Shown: one piece after another, positions 27,912-36,849 of the stretch | How the letters are laid out: every line of letters starts with the position of its first letter | Numbering within the stretch: position 1 is the stretch's first letter | Sequence record: DRR723986_5353 | Direction: 5' to 3' (one strand) | Length of the DNA: 45,060 nucleotides | Notes under the pieces: generated by a model | The model's input: only the letters and a program-made list of their open reading frames with translations | Told to the model about the DNA's origin: nothing | Database searches by the model: none | Program-made: the position numbers and the translations under genes

Positions 27912-29016
27912 GATCTGTTACCAGAAGGGCTTCATACAGTCGCTGATATCGCTGCGCACAGTCGTTCCAGGTGCCCACCTCATTCCTAATCATGCAGCGC
28001 GCTCTTTCTCCAAAGGCTTTGCTGTTATCTATCTCTTCCAGCCCTTCCAGAGCCAATCTATAGTCTTGACAGTCTCTGGAAAGAAACCCGGTGCCAGCGG
28101 TCACCAAGCTGCCATGAGCTGGCATATCCGAAGCAATGATAGGCAAACCAGCAGCCATAGCCTCAAGCATAACCTGAGGTCTTCCCTCTGCGTGTCGGCT
28201 CAACGTAATGAGCCCATGAGCGCGAGGAAACCATTTCGTCGCGAGAACGTCTGGCGACGCTGCACCGTGATAGTGAACCCACTCAGGTATATCGATATCT
28301 TCCTGCATGGGCCCTATTAAATGAAGCTGTCGGTGCTTACCCTCGAAAAGCGGTGCTGACCATTCGAACAGAGGGCCCAATTTGTCTTTGGTGAGCCTGG
28401 TGACAGCAAGCCATACAGGCTGATCCGGGTCTGGCTCTCGCTTGATGGCATACCATACCGGGTCGATTCCGAAAGCTATTGGTTCGACCTTTGCAACATC
28501 CCCAAATGCTTCTTTCAGCGGCTCCACCATCCAGTCTGCGTTAGGGCAGAGCGCGACCGCTCTCTGGCGCATTACCCGTCTAAGCAATGGCTTGATGAGA
28601 GGAAGCTTCAGCAATTTCAGATCAGTGCCCAGTACCGTTATCAGCGCTGGTGTTTTGTTTGCAGGAAGGGGCAGGGCAGTTTGTAACCAGTTCAGGTGGT
28701 ACACATCTATGGCTGTCTCACGGCGATAGAGCGCCCTGAGAAATCTGAGCAAATCGAAGGGCCGCTTTAATGCGTCGAACCCGCCAGATCGCATGACATG
28801 GGCAATGCCGCCATCATTCATAAGCGACTTCAGCCATTGAGTTTCTTGCTTCGTTGCTGCCGATTGTGCCTGCTCAGGTAGAGGGCCCGGAGGAAGCCAG
28901 GTACGTAGGCAGAGGTCATCACGCGCGGCGAGGGCGTCTGCCAGGTGACGGATAAACACACCTTTCCAGTCTCCCTCGTCTGAGGGGTAGGAGGTGGCAA
29001 CATAGAGCACTTTCAC
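27904..29016 (-). CDS. Glycosyltransferase family 4
   Basis: MKVLYVATSYP start, EGRPQVMLEAMAAGLPIIASD (Ex7E); GTGA overlap with the dxs stop. Confidence 0.9.
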   Translation of the reverse strand: MKVLYVATSYPSDEGDWKGVFIRHLADALAARDDLCLRTWLPPGPLPEQAQSAATKQETQWLKSLMNDGGIAHVMRSGGFDALKRPFDLLRFLRALYRRETAIDVYHLNWLQTALPLPANKTPALITVLGTDLKLLKLPLIKPLLRRVMRQRAVALCPNADWMVEPLKEAFGDVAKVEPIAFGIDPVWYAIKREPDPDQPVWLAVTRLTKDKLGPLFEWSAPLFEGKHRQLHLIGPMQEDIDIPEWVHYHGAASPDVLATKWFPRAHGLITLSRHAEGRPQVMLEAMAAGLPIIASDMPAHGSLVTAGTGFLSRDCQDYRLALEGLEEIDNSKAFGERARCMIRNEVGTWNDCAQRYQRLYEALLVTDLE

Positions 29017-30944
29017 CTTTGGACGGGCGTTGGGACTTGCCGCAGGTCGAGGACAAGGTTGCTACGCCGTTCGATGCAGCTTTGTACAATGTTTGCGGCG
29101 CTCAGTCCCGCCTCGGACCTTAGTACGCCTTGACCCGCGTGCTCCTGGAATGCGTCTCCGATTCCGAGTGAAATCAACTCATTTGACAGGCCGTTCTTTG
29201 CCAGCCATTCACCGACAGCTGAGCCGGCGCCACCACCTATTACATTATCCTCGATTGTGCAGAAAAGCTGGTGCTGTTCGCTTAGAGCAGAGAGCAATTT
29301 ACTATCCAGCGGCTTGATCCAGCGCATATCTACCACCGTTGCGTTGAGCTCATCACCGGCATCCATTGCCTCGTCAAGCAGGGCGCCAAAATTAAGGATT
29401 GCGATACTGTGCCCTTGACGTACTTCTGAAGCCTCACCAATCGCTACTCCAGTCATATCTTGCATGATCTCGGCGCCTGGTCCCGTTCCACGTGGGTAAC
29501 GAATCGCCGCCGGCCCGGTGTGCTGATAGGCTGAGTACAACATTTGTCGACACTGGTCTTCATTCGACGGGGCTCCGATGACTATATTCGGTATACACCG
29601 CAGATAACTAAGATCAAATACACCGTGATGTGTGGGCCCGTCTTCACCGACCAGGCCCGCCCGATCTATGGCAAACGTGACATCGAGGTTCTGCAGGGCC
29701 ACGTCGTGAATCAACTGGTCATAGCCGCGTTGCAGGAAGGTTGAGTAAATTGCGACGACCGGCTTCAATCCATCGCAGGCCATGCCAGCCGCAAGGGTTA
29801 TCGCGTGCTGCTCTGCAATCGCGACATCGTAAAACCGATCGGGAAAGCGCCTGGCAAACTCAACCATGCCTGAGCCATCGGTCATTGCCGGCGTGATCGC
29901 AACCAGACGCGGATCCTGCTCCGCCATGTCGCACAACCACTGCCCGAATACATCGGAATATTTGGGCGCTTTCGGCTTGGCGGGTACTGGCAGCTTTGCT
30001 GGCTCCGTCGGCTTTGGCTCGATCTTGTTTATCGCGTGATAGCCCACGGGGTCGCTTTCGGCTGGAGCAAAGCCCTTGCCTTTCATGGTCCGGATATGGA
30101 GGAGTTGGGGGCCTTCCAGATCGCGCATGTTCTCAAGCGTTTGTACCAGTTGTGGCAGGTCATGGCCGTCCAGAGGGCCTATGTAATGCCAGCCGAGTTC
30201 CTCAAACAGGGTGCCCGGCGCCACCATGCCCTTCATGTGCTCTTCGGTGCGCTTGGCCAGATCCCAGGCGGGTTTGAGCCGCTTGAGTACTTTTTTTCCG
30301 CCCTCTCTGAACGAGATATAGGTTTTGCTCGCCCAGATCTTGGCGAAGTAGGTGGCGAGTCCGCCGGTGTTGTGGCCGATAGACATCTGGTTGTCGTTCA
30401 GCACTACCAGCATGTTGGGTCGCTCGTGGCCCGCATGGGCCAGTGCTTCAAAGGCCATGCCGCCGGTAATGGCGCCGTCACCAATTACGGCGACAACCTT
30501 GCGCTCGATGTCTTGCTGGCGAGCGGCCAGCGCCATGCCCATTGCAGCCGAAATACTGGTTGATGAGTGCCCGACACCGAAAGTGTCGTATTCACTTTCG
30601 CTGCGTTTGGGAAACCCGGATAAACCACCGGCCTGGCGGATGGTTTGCATTTGCTGCATCCGGCCGGTCAGTATCTTGTGGGGGTAGGTTTGGTGGCCCA
30701 CATCCCAGACCACCCGGTCATGGGGGGTGTTGTAGACGTGGTGCAGAGCCACGGTTAGCTCGACAACCCCTAGCCCGGCACCGAAATGGCCGCCAGTCTG
30801 CCCGACGCTGAATAGCAGGTAGGCACGCACTTCATCACAGAGATCAAGCAGCTCCTGGGCGTCTAGGTCGGCGAGCGGCCTGCCCTCGTCGACGCTGTCC
30901 AGTAGCGGCGTCGTCGGGCGATTGGTGGGGATGTCATTTAACAT
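29013..30944 (-). CDS. dxs: 1-deoxy-D-xylulose-5-phosphate synthase
   Basis: GGHFGAGLGVVELT, WDVGHQTYPHKILTGR, GDGAITGG TPP motif, IAEQHA, YSTFLQR, DRAGLVGEDGPTH. Confidence 0.98.
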   Translation of the reverse strand: MLNDIPTNRPTTPLLDSVDEGRPLADLDAQELLDLCDEVRAYLLFSVGQTGGHFGAGLGVVELTVALHHVYNTPHDRVVWDVGHQTYPHKILTGRMQQMQTIRQAGGLSGFPKRSESEYDTFGVGHSSTSISAAMGMALAARQQDIERKVVAVIGDGAITGGMAFEALAHAGHERPNMLVVLNDNQMSIGHNTGGLATYFAKIWASKTYISFREGGKKVLKRLKPAWDLAKRTEEHMKGMVAPGTLFEELGWHYIGPLDGHDLPQLVQTLENMRDLEGPQLLHIRTMKGKGFAPAESDPVGYHAINKIEPKPTEPAKLPVPAKPKAPKYSDVFGQWLCDMAEQDPRLVAITPAMTDGSGMVEFARRFPDRFYDVAIAEQHAITLAAGMACDGLKPVVAIYSTFLQRGYDQLIHDVALQNLDVTFAIDRAGLVGEDGPTHHGVFDLSYLRCIPNIVIGAPSNEDQCRQMLYSAYQHTGPAAIRYPRGTGPGAEIMQDMTGVAIGEASEVRQGHSIAILNFGALLDEAMDAGDELNATVVDMRWIKPLDSKLLSALSEQHQLFCTIEDNVIGGGAGSAVGEWLAKNGLSNELISLGIGDAFQEHAGQGVLRSEAGLSAANIVQSCIERRSNLVLDLRQVPTPVQR

Positions 30945-31000
30945 AGGGCAATTCTAGCGTATCCGGCGGCAAAGTGGTGGGTTTGCCAGCTGGGTGTATG

Positions 31001-31729
31001 TCAGGCTGATCGAGGGGTTTCGGCCTTCATCAAGGCGTCTTTTAGCTGTAGTGCGAGGTGCAAATACCCCGCCTCATTCAGATTCCCCCCGTCGGGCCTG
31101 AAAAACGCGGGATTCGGTTCGCCACGCGGGCCGGCCAGCAGCGGATTCGGGTCCAGCACTGTTACCCGTTCCTCGCCCGCCGCCCAGGCTCCCAGCGCTT
31201 GGGTGATGTCGTTGATCTTGCCGTGGTCTCCGGGGCGCAAGGGCGTCTTGATCGGGGTAAACAGGATTAGCTGCCACTGCTCACCGTGCTCGGCATCCAG
31301 TGCGGCGAGTTGCTGTACCGCCGCCACGAAATTCTGGGCAGACTTGCTGTCCCGCAGGTGGAACTCGGTGTCTGAGGGCAGGAATACGACGGCAGACGGG
31401 CGATAGAAGGCCGCCAGGCGTTCATAGTAGTAGAGGATGTCCTCTACCGTGGCATCGCCGAGGCCGCGCATCAGCACAGGCCGGGGTGAGAGCAGGTCGT
31501 CTAATCCCTGCCACAGTTTCGCTCGGCGGCCGCCAAGCACCACCACGGGATCTGTTGGCAATTGCACACCCTGGTCTGCGAGTGCGTAGGCTTCGACTTC
31601 GTGGGCCCAGGCTTCCGGGGAGGCATCCAGGGTCGCCATCATGTCACGTGATACCAGGAAGGCCAGGTGCACCAGTGGAATGCACAGCAGTATGACGCAC
31701 AACGTGCGTATGGTGCTCCACGCGTACAT
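31001..31729 (-). CDS. Membrane-anchored SGNH/GDSL-fold protein with degenerate catalytic residues
   Basis: N-terminal TM helix; VLGGRRAKLW (block I), MRGLGD (II), FLPSDTE (III), FRPDGGNLNEAGY (V); start at MYAWS after GGGGGA. Confidence 0.72.
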   Translation of the reverse strand: MYAWSTIRTLCVILLCIPLVHLAFLVSRDMMATLDASPEAWAHEVEAYALADQGVQLPTDPVVVLGGRRAKLWQGLDDLLSPRPVLMRGLGDATVEDILYYYERLAAFYRPSAVVFLPSDTEFHLRDSKSAQNFVAAVQQLAALDAEHGEQWQLILFTPIKTPLRPGDHGKINDITQALGAWAAGEERVTVLDPNPLLAGPRGEPNPAFFRPDGGNLNEAGYLHLALQLKDALMKAETPRSA

Positions 31730-31867
31730 GGCTTCCCCCGTTAATGTTGGGGCAAGTCTGTCCCAATTGGCGGGTGCTGGCAATTCTATCTGGACTTTCC
31801 CGTGACAGGGTTCGCAGGAAAAGTCAGTTAAATTCGCATTTTTTTCAATCGCGTGTAGCATTCAGGC

Positions 31868-33067
31868 ATGATCTACCAACGTCATATACCGCGTGAGGAG
31901 TTGTTTTCCGCCCAGCTGGAGCTGCTGATGCAGCACGGCAGGGTCGCGACCATCAGTTCGAATATGGTCGGTGTGCTGGCTGTTCTGGCCCTGTTCTGGC
32001 CCTTCGTACAGCTGCCCTATCTCCTGCTGTGGGGGGCAGCGGTACTGATCATGCTACTGGTGCGCTCGCTGTATATGAGCAACGCCCTGGTAGAGCGTCG
32101 CTTCCAGGCTAATCCGAGGCGCGTCTACTGGCACCTGAATATCGGCTCGATGGTGACGGGCCTGGTATGGTCCTCAATCTATATTTATTCGACTCAGCAT
32201 GTCCCGGTTACCCTGCAATATGTACTGTTGCTGCTGGTAGTGCTTATCACTGCAATCTCGCTCGCGGTGACGGTGATGATTCGCGAGTATTTTATCTCCT
32301 ACCTGTTCACAGCACTTTGGCCGATTGCCTGGTGGAGCCTGGTGCACTACTGGGAGCAGCCCTATAACCTCATCATCGGGTTTATATTGCTGGCGATCTG
32401 TGGCTTGCTCATGGTGGTCAGCAACTGGATATACCGCTCTTACCGCAACATGATCTCCCTGAACTGGGAGCGTGAGGCCATGTCCCGCGAACTGGGTGAC
32501 CTCACCGGCTCCCTGCGTGACCGCAACCGCCAGTTGCAGGACGCCCGCCGCCAGCTGACCGACCTGGCCAACGTGGACGAGCTCACGGGCCTGGGCAACC
32601 GACGGCTGGTCAACAAGGTGCTGCAGGAGGAGATCAACCGGGCCCGTCGTGGCGGCAGCGAGCTGTCAGTCATTCTGATCGATGTGGACTATTTCAAGAA
32701 TTACAACGACACCTACGGTCACCCCGCGGGTGACAAGATTCTGCGGCAGCTGGCGGACCTGATGCAGCGGGCGACAACCCGTGCCGGTGAAGTGGTGGGC
32801 CGGTTCGGAGGAGAAGAGTTCATTATCATCCTGCCCAACGCCTCGGCGACCTCGGCAATGCGCACGGCCGATCGTCTCAAGTCACTGGTGCTGGAGGAGC
32901 GCATTCTCCACGAGTCTTCCAAAGTGGCCAGTTACATCACCATCAGCCAGGGTGTCGTAACGGTAAGCCCTGACAGCGAGATGCAGCCGGCAGAGGTGGT
33001 CGATCGCGTGGACAAAGCGCTTTACCAGGCCAAGGAAGCAGGCCGAAACGCGATTGCGGTGGCCTGA
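31868..33067 (+). CDS. Membrane-bound diguanylate cyclase (GGDEF)
   Basis: Several N-terminal TM helices, coiled coil, DELTGLGNRR, DVDYFKNYNDTYGH, RFGGEEF. Confidence 0.94.
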   Translation: MIYQRHIPREELFSAQLELLMQHGRVATISSNMVGVLAVLALFWPFVQLPYLLLWGAAVLIMLLVRSLYMSNALVERRFQANPRRVYWHLNIGSMVTGLVWSSIYIYSTQHVPVTLQYVLLLLVVLITAISLAVTVMIREYFISYLFTALWPIAWWSLVHYWEQPYNLIIGFILLAICGLLMVVSNWIYRSYRNMISLNWEREAMSRELGDLTGSLRDRNRQLQDARRQLTDLANVDELTGLGNRRLVNKVLQEEINRARRGGSELSVILIDVDYFKNYNDTYGHPAGDKILRQLADLMQRATTRAGEVVGRFGGEEFIIILPNASATSAMRTADRLKSLVLEERILHESSKVASYITISQGVVTVSPDSEMQPAEVVDRVDKALYQAKEAGRNAIAVA

Positions 33068-33071
33068 GCCC

Positions 33072-33476
33072 TCAGTCTTCCGGATAGTCCCGAAAGCGAT
33101 GAATCTGGCGCCGCTCCTTCTTGCTGGGCCGCTTCATCGGACGCTCGAGCATACCGCCGGCGGCCTTGCGCGCGGCGGCCTCTGATTCCCGCCGCTGGAT
33201 GCTGGTGCTGGTTTCGGAGTAGAGCAGGCCGGCCTCCGGCGCCCCACGGCGCTGGTCAGACAGGGCCTCGACAAGCACTTCCTTTTCATCCCAGCCCTGG
33301 CGAATACGCAGCCGGTCACCTACAGAGATCTCTTTCGAGACCTTGATGCGATTGCCCTCGACCTGCACCTTGCCACCTTCTATCGCGGCTTTTGCGAGGC
33401 TGCGGGTCTTGAAGAAGCGCGCCGCCCAGAGCCATTTGTCCAGGCGCAGTTTGGTCAGCGGCTGGCGGTCGTTCAT
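33072..33476 (-). CDS. hslR: Ribosome-associated heat shock protein Hsp15
   Basis: RLDKWLWAARFFKTRSLA S4 domain, RPSKKERR. Confidence 0.95.
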   Translation of the reverse strand: MNDRQPLTKLRLDKWLWAARFFKTRSLAKAAIEGGKVQVEGNRIKVSKEISVGDRLRIRQGWDEKEVLVEALSDQRRGAPEAGLLYSETSTSIQRRESEAAARKAAGGMLERPMKRPSKKERRQIHRFRDYPED

Positions 33477-34144
33477 GTCTCTGTCGCCACGTAGGCAGGC
33501 ATCAGTTCATCGAAGTGGTGAATGCCGGGAAAGCGTGTATCAATGCGCTTCTGGCGCTGGCTATCCGGTTGCAGCAGGGTCAGCAGGTGGGCAATGCCAA
33601 ATTCCCTGGCCGAGTCCAACACGGTTTCGGTGTCGTCGATCAGCAGGGTTCTGGCGGGGTCAAAGGGGTGCAATACCTCCAGCTTCCGCCAGAACGTGAG
33701 GTCTTCCTTGGGCGCCGACAGATCATGGGAGACTACGACCCGGTCAAACCAACCGGTAATGTCGATCTGCCCCATCTTGATGTCCAGGGTCTTGCGGTGG
33801 GCATTGGTCACCAGCACCACATCCCGCTCACTCCGCCGCAGCCAGGCCAGGAACTCCAGCGCAAAAGGCCGCAGCCTGACCATGTGCTGCAGCTCCCTTT
33901 TTAAGGCCGGGATGTCCATCCCGAGCTGGTCTGACCAGTGATCGAGGGAGTACCACTCCAGGGTTCCCTGATCGACGTGGAAGCGCTGTGTGAGTTGTTC
34001 CGTCGCCGCCGCTTCACTGATCCCCTCACGCGCGGCGTAGACCTGCGGCAGATGCTGCAACCAGAAATGGTTGTCAAAGTGCAGGTCCAGCAGGGTGCCG
34101 TCCATATCCAGCAATACGGTATCGATTTGCTGCCAGTCGATCAT
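33473..34144 (-). CDS. yrfG: GMP/IMP nucleotidase (HAD family)
   Basis: IDWQQIDTVLLDMDGTLLDLHFDNHFW, VTNAH, LIDD; upstream of hslR. Confidence 0.94.
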   Translation of the reverse strand: MIDWQQIDTVLLDMDGTLLDLHFDNHFWLQHLPQVYAAREGISEAAATEQLTQRFHVDQGTLEWYSLDHWSDQLGMDIPALKRELQHMVRLRPFALEFLAWLRRSERDVVLVTNAHRKTLDIKMGQIDITGWFDRVVVSHDLSAPKEDLTFWRKLEVLHPFDPARTLLIDDTETVLDSAREFGIAHLLTLLQPDSQRQKRIDTRFPGIHHFDELMPAYVATET

Positions 34145-34240
34145 TGGCTTGGGGCGTCCGTCGGGCGAGTTGCCCGGTATTATGCCGCTTTTGCTCGTTA
34201 CTGGCAGCGCAGCAGGCACAGCTTCTATAAAATGGGGCCC

Positions 34241-35104
34241 ATGACGACCGTGGACAAGGCACTACCTGCTGACCTGCCAGCACTGATCGAGCCCCTGCTG
34301 ACCCTGTGCCAGGAGGCTGGTGCGTTGATCGTCGCCCATTACCACAGTGCCGACGATATGGCGGTATCGTCCAAGGCGGATGACACGCCGCTGACTCGGG
34401 CTGATCTGGAATCTCACCGCGTCCTGGCGCGCGGGCTGAAACAGCTGGCCCCGGCGATTCCCATCCTGTCGGAGGAGTCTTCCCCGGACGAGCTGGCGGG
34501 CCGACGCGACTGGACGACCTTCTGGCTGGTTGATCCGCTGGATGGCACCAAGGAGTTTCTTGGTCGCACGGGCGAGTTCACTATCAATATTGCCCTGGTG
34601 CAGGGCGATCGACCGGTCCTGGGGCTGATCTACCGCCCGCTCGAGGAGCTGGCCTGGGTCGGTATTCCCGGGCAGGGCGCCTGGCAGTATCGCGGACACG
34701 ACAACCGGCAGCCGGAGTCTGTACGAAGTCGGGAGCTTCGAGCGGGAGGCGCGATGAAGGTGCTTGCCAGTCGGCGTCATCGCGGCCGACGCTTGGGCAT
34801 CTGCCTCGGCTGGCTGGAGTCCAACTGGGGGCCGTTGGAACGCGACAATAGTGGCAGCGCGCTGAAGTTCTGTCAGTTGGCGACCTGGGACGGTGATTTC
34901 TACCCGCGTTTCTCACTGTGCAGCGAGTGGGACGTCGCGGCTGGTGATGCCCTGGTCGCAGCAGCAGGTGGCGCGGTTATCGGGCTGGATGGCGAGCCGC
35001 TGCGCTACAACCAGCGCGACACCTTGCTCAGTGAAAATTTTATTGCGATGGCGGATCCGCAGCATCCGCTGTGGTCGCGTTTTCTCGCCGATTGGCAGGG
35101 TTAA
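34241..35104 (+). CDS. cysQ: 3'(2'),5'-bisphosphate nucleotidase CysQ
   Basis: KADDTPLTRAD, LSEE, WLVDPLDGTKEF, GSALKFC, EWDVAAG; start 34241 (alternative 34232). Confidence 0.93.
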   Translation: MTTVDKALPADLPALIEPLLTLCQEAGALIVAHYHSADDMAVSSKADDTPLTRADLESHRVLARGLKQLAPAIPILSEESSPDELAGRRDWTTFWLVDPLDGTKEFLGRTGEFTINIALVQGDRPVLGLIYRPLEELAWVGIPGQGAWQYRGHDNRQPESVRSRELRAGGAMKVLASRRHRGRRLGICLGWLESNWGPLERDNSGSALKFCQLATWDGDFYPRFSLCSEWDVAAGDALVAAAGGAVIGLDGEPLRYNQRDTLLSENFIAMADPQHPLWSRFLADWQG

Positions 35105-35182
35105 GGGTGGCGCTTGTGCCGGCAATCCAACTGGGTATAGAGTTGCAGGTCGATAATTGTCTTTGGTAACGCGTCCAGCGGT

Positions 35183-35428
35183 ATGAATCAGCCACCCGGG
35201 AAAGGTCCAGTTAACGGTGAGGAAGCAGCCAATGAAGTGCTGACGCCCGCCATGCGGCTGATGCATCTTCAGGCCAAGCACCGCGCCCTGGATGGCAGGA
35301 TAGCGGAGATGTACAGCTATCCTTACCAGAACCAGATCCTGCTGCAGCGTCTCAAGAAAGAGAAGCTGCGTCTGAAGGATGCGATAGAGCGCCTCAAGAA
35401 TGACATGATCCCGGATCTCAATGCCTGA
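35183..35428 (+). CDS. YdcH/DUF465 family small coiled-coil protein
   Basis: HRALD...I...QRLKKEKLRLKDAI...IPDLNA. Confidence 0.85.
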   Translation: MNQPPGKGPVNGEEAANEVLTPAMRLMHLQAKHRALDGRIAEMYSYPYQNQILLQRLKKEKLRLKDAIERLKNDMIPDLNA

Positions 35429-35463
35429 GGCTGAGCAGACGCTGGATGCGTGAGGGAACACCT

Positions 35464-36360
35464 ATGCCAAACTTCAATCGTGGACTGATCGCCGCCTGCC
35501 TGCTGGTCCTTGCCCAGGCGGGATTCGGCCAGGCTGAGGAAAACACCCCGTCGGTCAAAACTACAGCACTGAAAGGCAAGCTGTACCTGCTTCAGGGTCG
35601 CGGTGGCAACGTGGTGGCCTCCGTTGGCGAGGATGGAATCCTCATTATCGATGATGATTACACCAACTACGCGGGTGCCTACCAGGACGCCCTCGATGCG
35701 CTGGCCGGTGATGACGCGGCGCCGCGCTTCCTGATCAACACCCATTGGCATTTCGACCACACCGGCGGCAACAACTACTGGGGTGAGCGCGGCGCGGTGA
35801 TCGTCGCCCATAATAATGTGCGCGAGCGGATGTCCACCCGGCAGGAAATGAAGGCCTTCAACCGGGTCATGGAGCCGAGCCCCAAGGCGGCGCTACCGGT
35901 CGTTACCTACGGTGATTCCCTGGCCCTGCATTTCAACGATGATGATATCGAAGTGCAGCACTTTCCTACCGGGCACACAGACGGCGACAGCATCGTGTTT
36001 TTTGCCGGTGAGAATGTGGTCCACATGGGTGATCACTTCTTCAAGGATCGCTTTCCATTCGTCGATCTGGGCTCCGGTGGGAATGCCCTGGGTTATGCGG
36101 CCAACATCGGTGAGGTGCTGTCGCGGGTCGATGAGCAGACGCTGATTGTCCCGGGCCATGGTGAAGTCGCCGACCGGGAAGACCTCCAGCGTTACCACCA
36201 TATGCTGACCACCACCATCAAGCTGGTGCGGGCAGGGCTCGAGGAAGGTTTGTCGGTGGAGCAGATTACGGCCCAGGGCCTGGGCGAGGAGTGGGTGAGT
36301 TGGGGCAGTGGCTTCATCAACGAACAGGCCTGGATCAGCTTCATCGCCGGCAGCCTGTAA
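35464..36360 (+). CDS. Secreted MBL-fold metallo-hydrolase
   Basis: Signal peptide, NTHWHFDH, GHTDGD, HMGD, PGHG; SD GAGGG upstream. Confidence 0.9.
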   Translation: MPNFNRGLIAACLLVLAQAGFGQAEENTPSVKTTALKGKLYLLQGRGGNVVASVGEDGILIIDDDYTNYAGAYQDALDALAGDDAAPRFLINTHWHFDHTGGNNYWGERGAVIVAHNNVRERMSTRQEMKAFNRVMEPSPKAALPVVTYGDSLALHFNDDDIEVQHFPTGHTDGDSIVFFAGENVVHMGDHFFKDRFPFVDLGSGGNALGYAANIGEVLSRVDEQTLIVPGHGEVADREDLQRYHHMLTTTIKLVRAGLEEGLSVEQITAQGLGEEWVSWGSGFINEQAWISFIAGSL

Positions 36361-36363
36361 TCC

Positions 36364-36849
36364 TCAGAACAGGCGGCCACTTTCTGCGGGCGCACTGCCC
36401 TCGAGCTTGAGCAGGGTACGCTTGGCCTCCAGCCCGCCGGCAAAGCCGGTCAGGCTACCGTCGCTGCCGATGACCCGGTGACAGGGCACCACGATCGGTA
36501 AGGGATTGCGCCCATTGGCAGCACCTACCGCTCGCACGGCCTTTGGCCGCCCGATTTCCCGGGCGATGTCCCGGTAACTGCGCAGTTCACCGAAGGGGAT
36601 GCTCGCCAGCGCATGCCAGACGGCCTGCTGGAAGTCGGTGCCCCGCGGCGCCAGTGGCAGATCAAACACCCGGCGAACCCCGTCAAAGTACTCACTGAGT
36701 TGGGCGCTTGCCTGCTTCAAAACCGGATCGACCTCGCCTTGCTCGCCCTCATTGCGAAAGCCGGGAAAGTGGATGGCTACGAGGGCCTCACCATCGGAAA
36801 CCAGCAGCAGCTGTCCCAGGGGGCTGTCCAGCAGGCATTTATTCATCAT
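36364..36849 (-). CDS. ogt: Methylated-DNA--protein-cysteine methyltransferase
   Basis: [20 protein letters not shown], active site PCHRV; TGATG coupling to the ada-alkA stop. Confidence 0.94.
   Translation of the reverse strand: MMNKCLLDSPLGQLLLVSDGEALVAIHFPGFRNEGEQGEVDPVLKQASAQLSEYFDGVRRVFDLPLAPRGTDFQQAVWHALASIPFGELRSYRDIAREIGRPKAVRAVGAANGRNPLPIVVPCHRVIGSDGSLTGFAGGLEAKRTLLKLEGSAPAESGRLF

Larger units (their letters stand above)
18229..29016. other. Low-GC surface polysaccharide biosynthesis island, two convergent arms
   Basis: Ten glycan-related genes; hand-counted 60-mers give 35-48% GC in the interior (25081: 35%, 21361: 38%, 21181: 48%) versus 62-68% in flanking core lines; no integrase or transposase seen. 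Confidence 0.85.

Noticed and set aside
18040-29016. Integrative mobile element or prophage as the origin of the island
   Set aside because: No integrase, transposase, tRNA target or terminal direct repeats seen.
3168-33067. PilZ and GGDEF genes as a dedicated c-di-GMP circuit for the glycan island
   Set aside because: About 28 kb apart, both core-like in GC; nothing in the sequence links them.
33938-34240. Long N-terminal extensions in the ORF track (cysQ here; likewise glyA, ugd, ribBX, wzx, ogt, liuE, SGNH)
   Set aside because: They overlap neighbouring genes or promoters; family-typical starts lie downstream.
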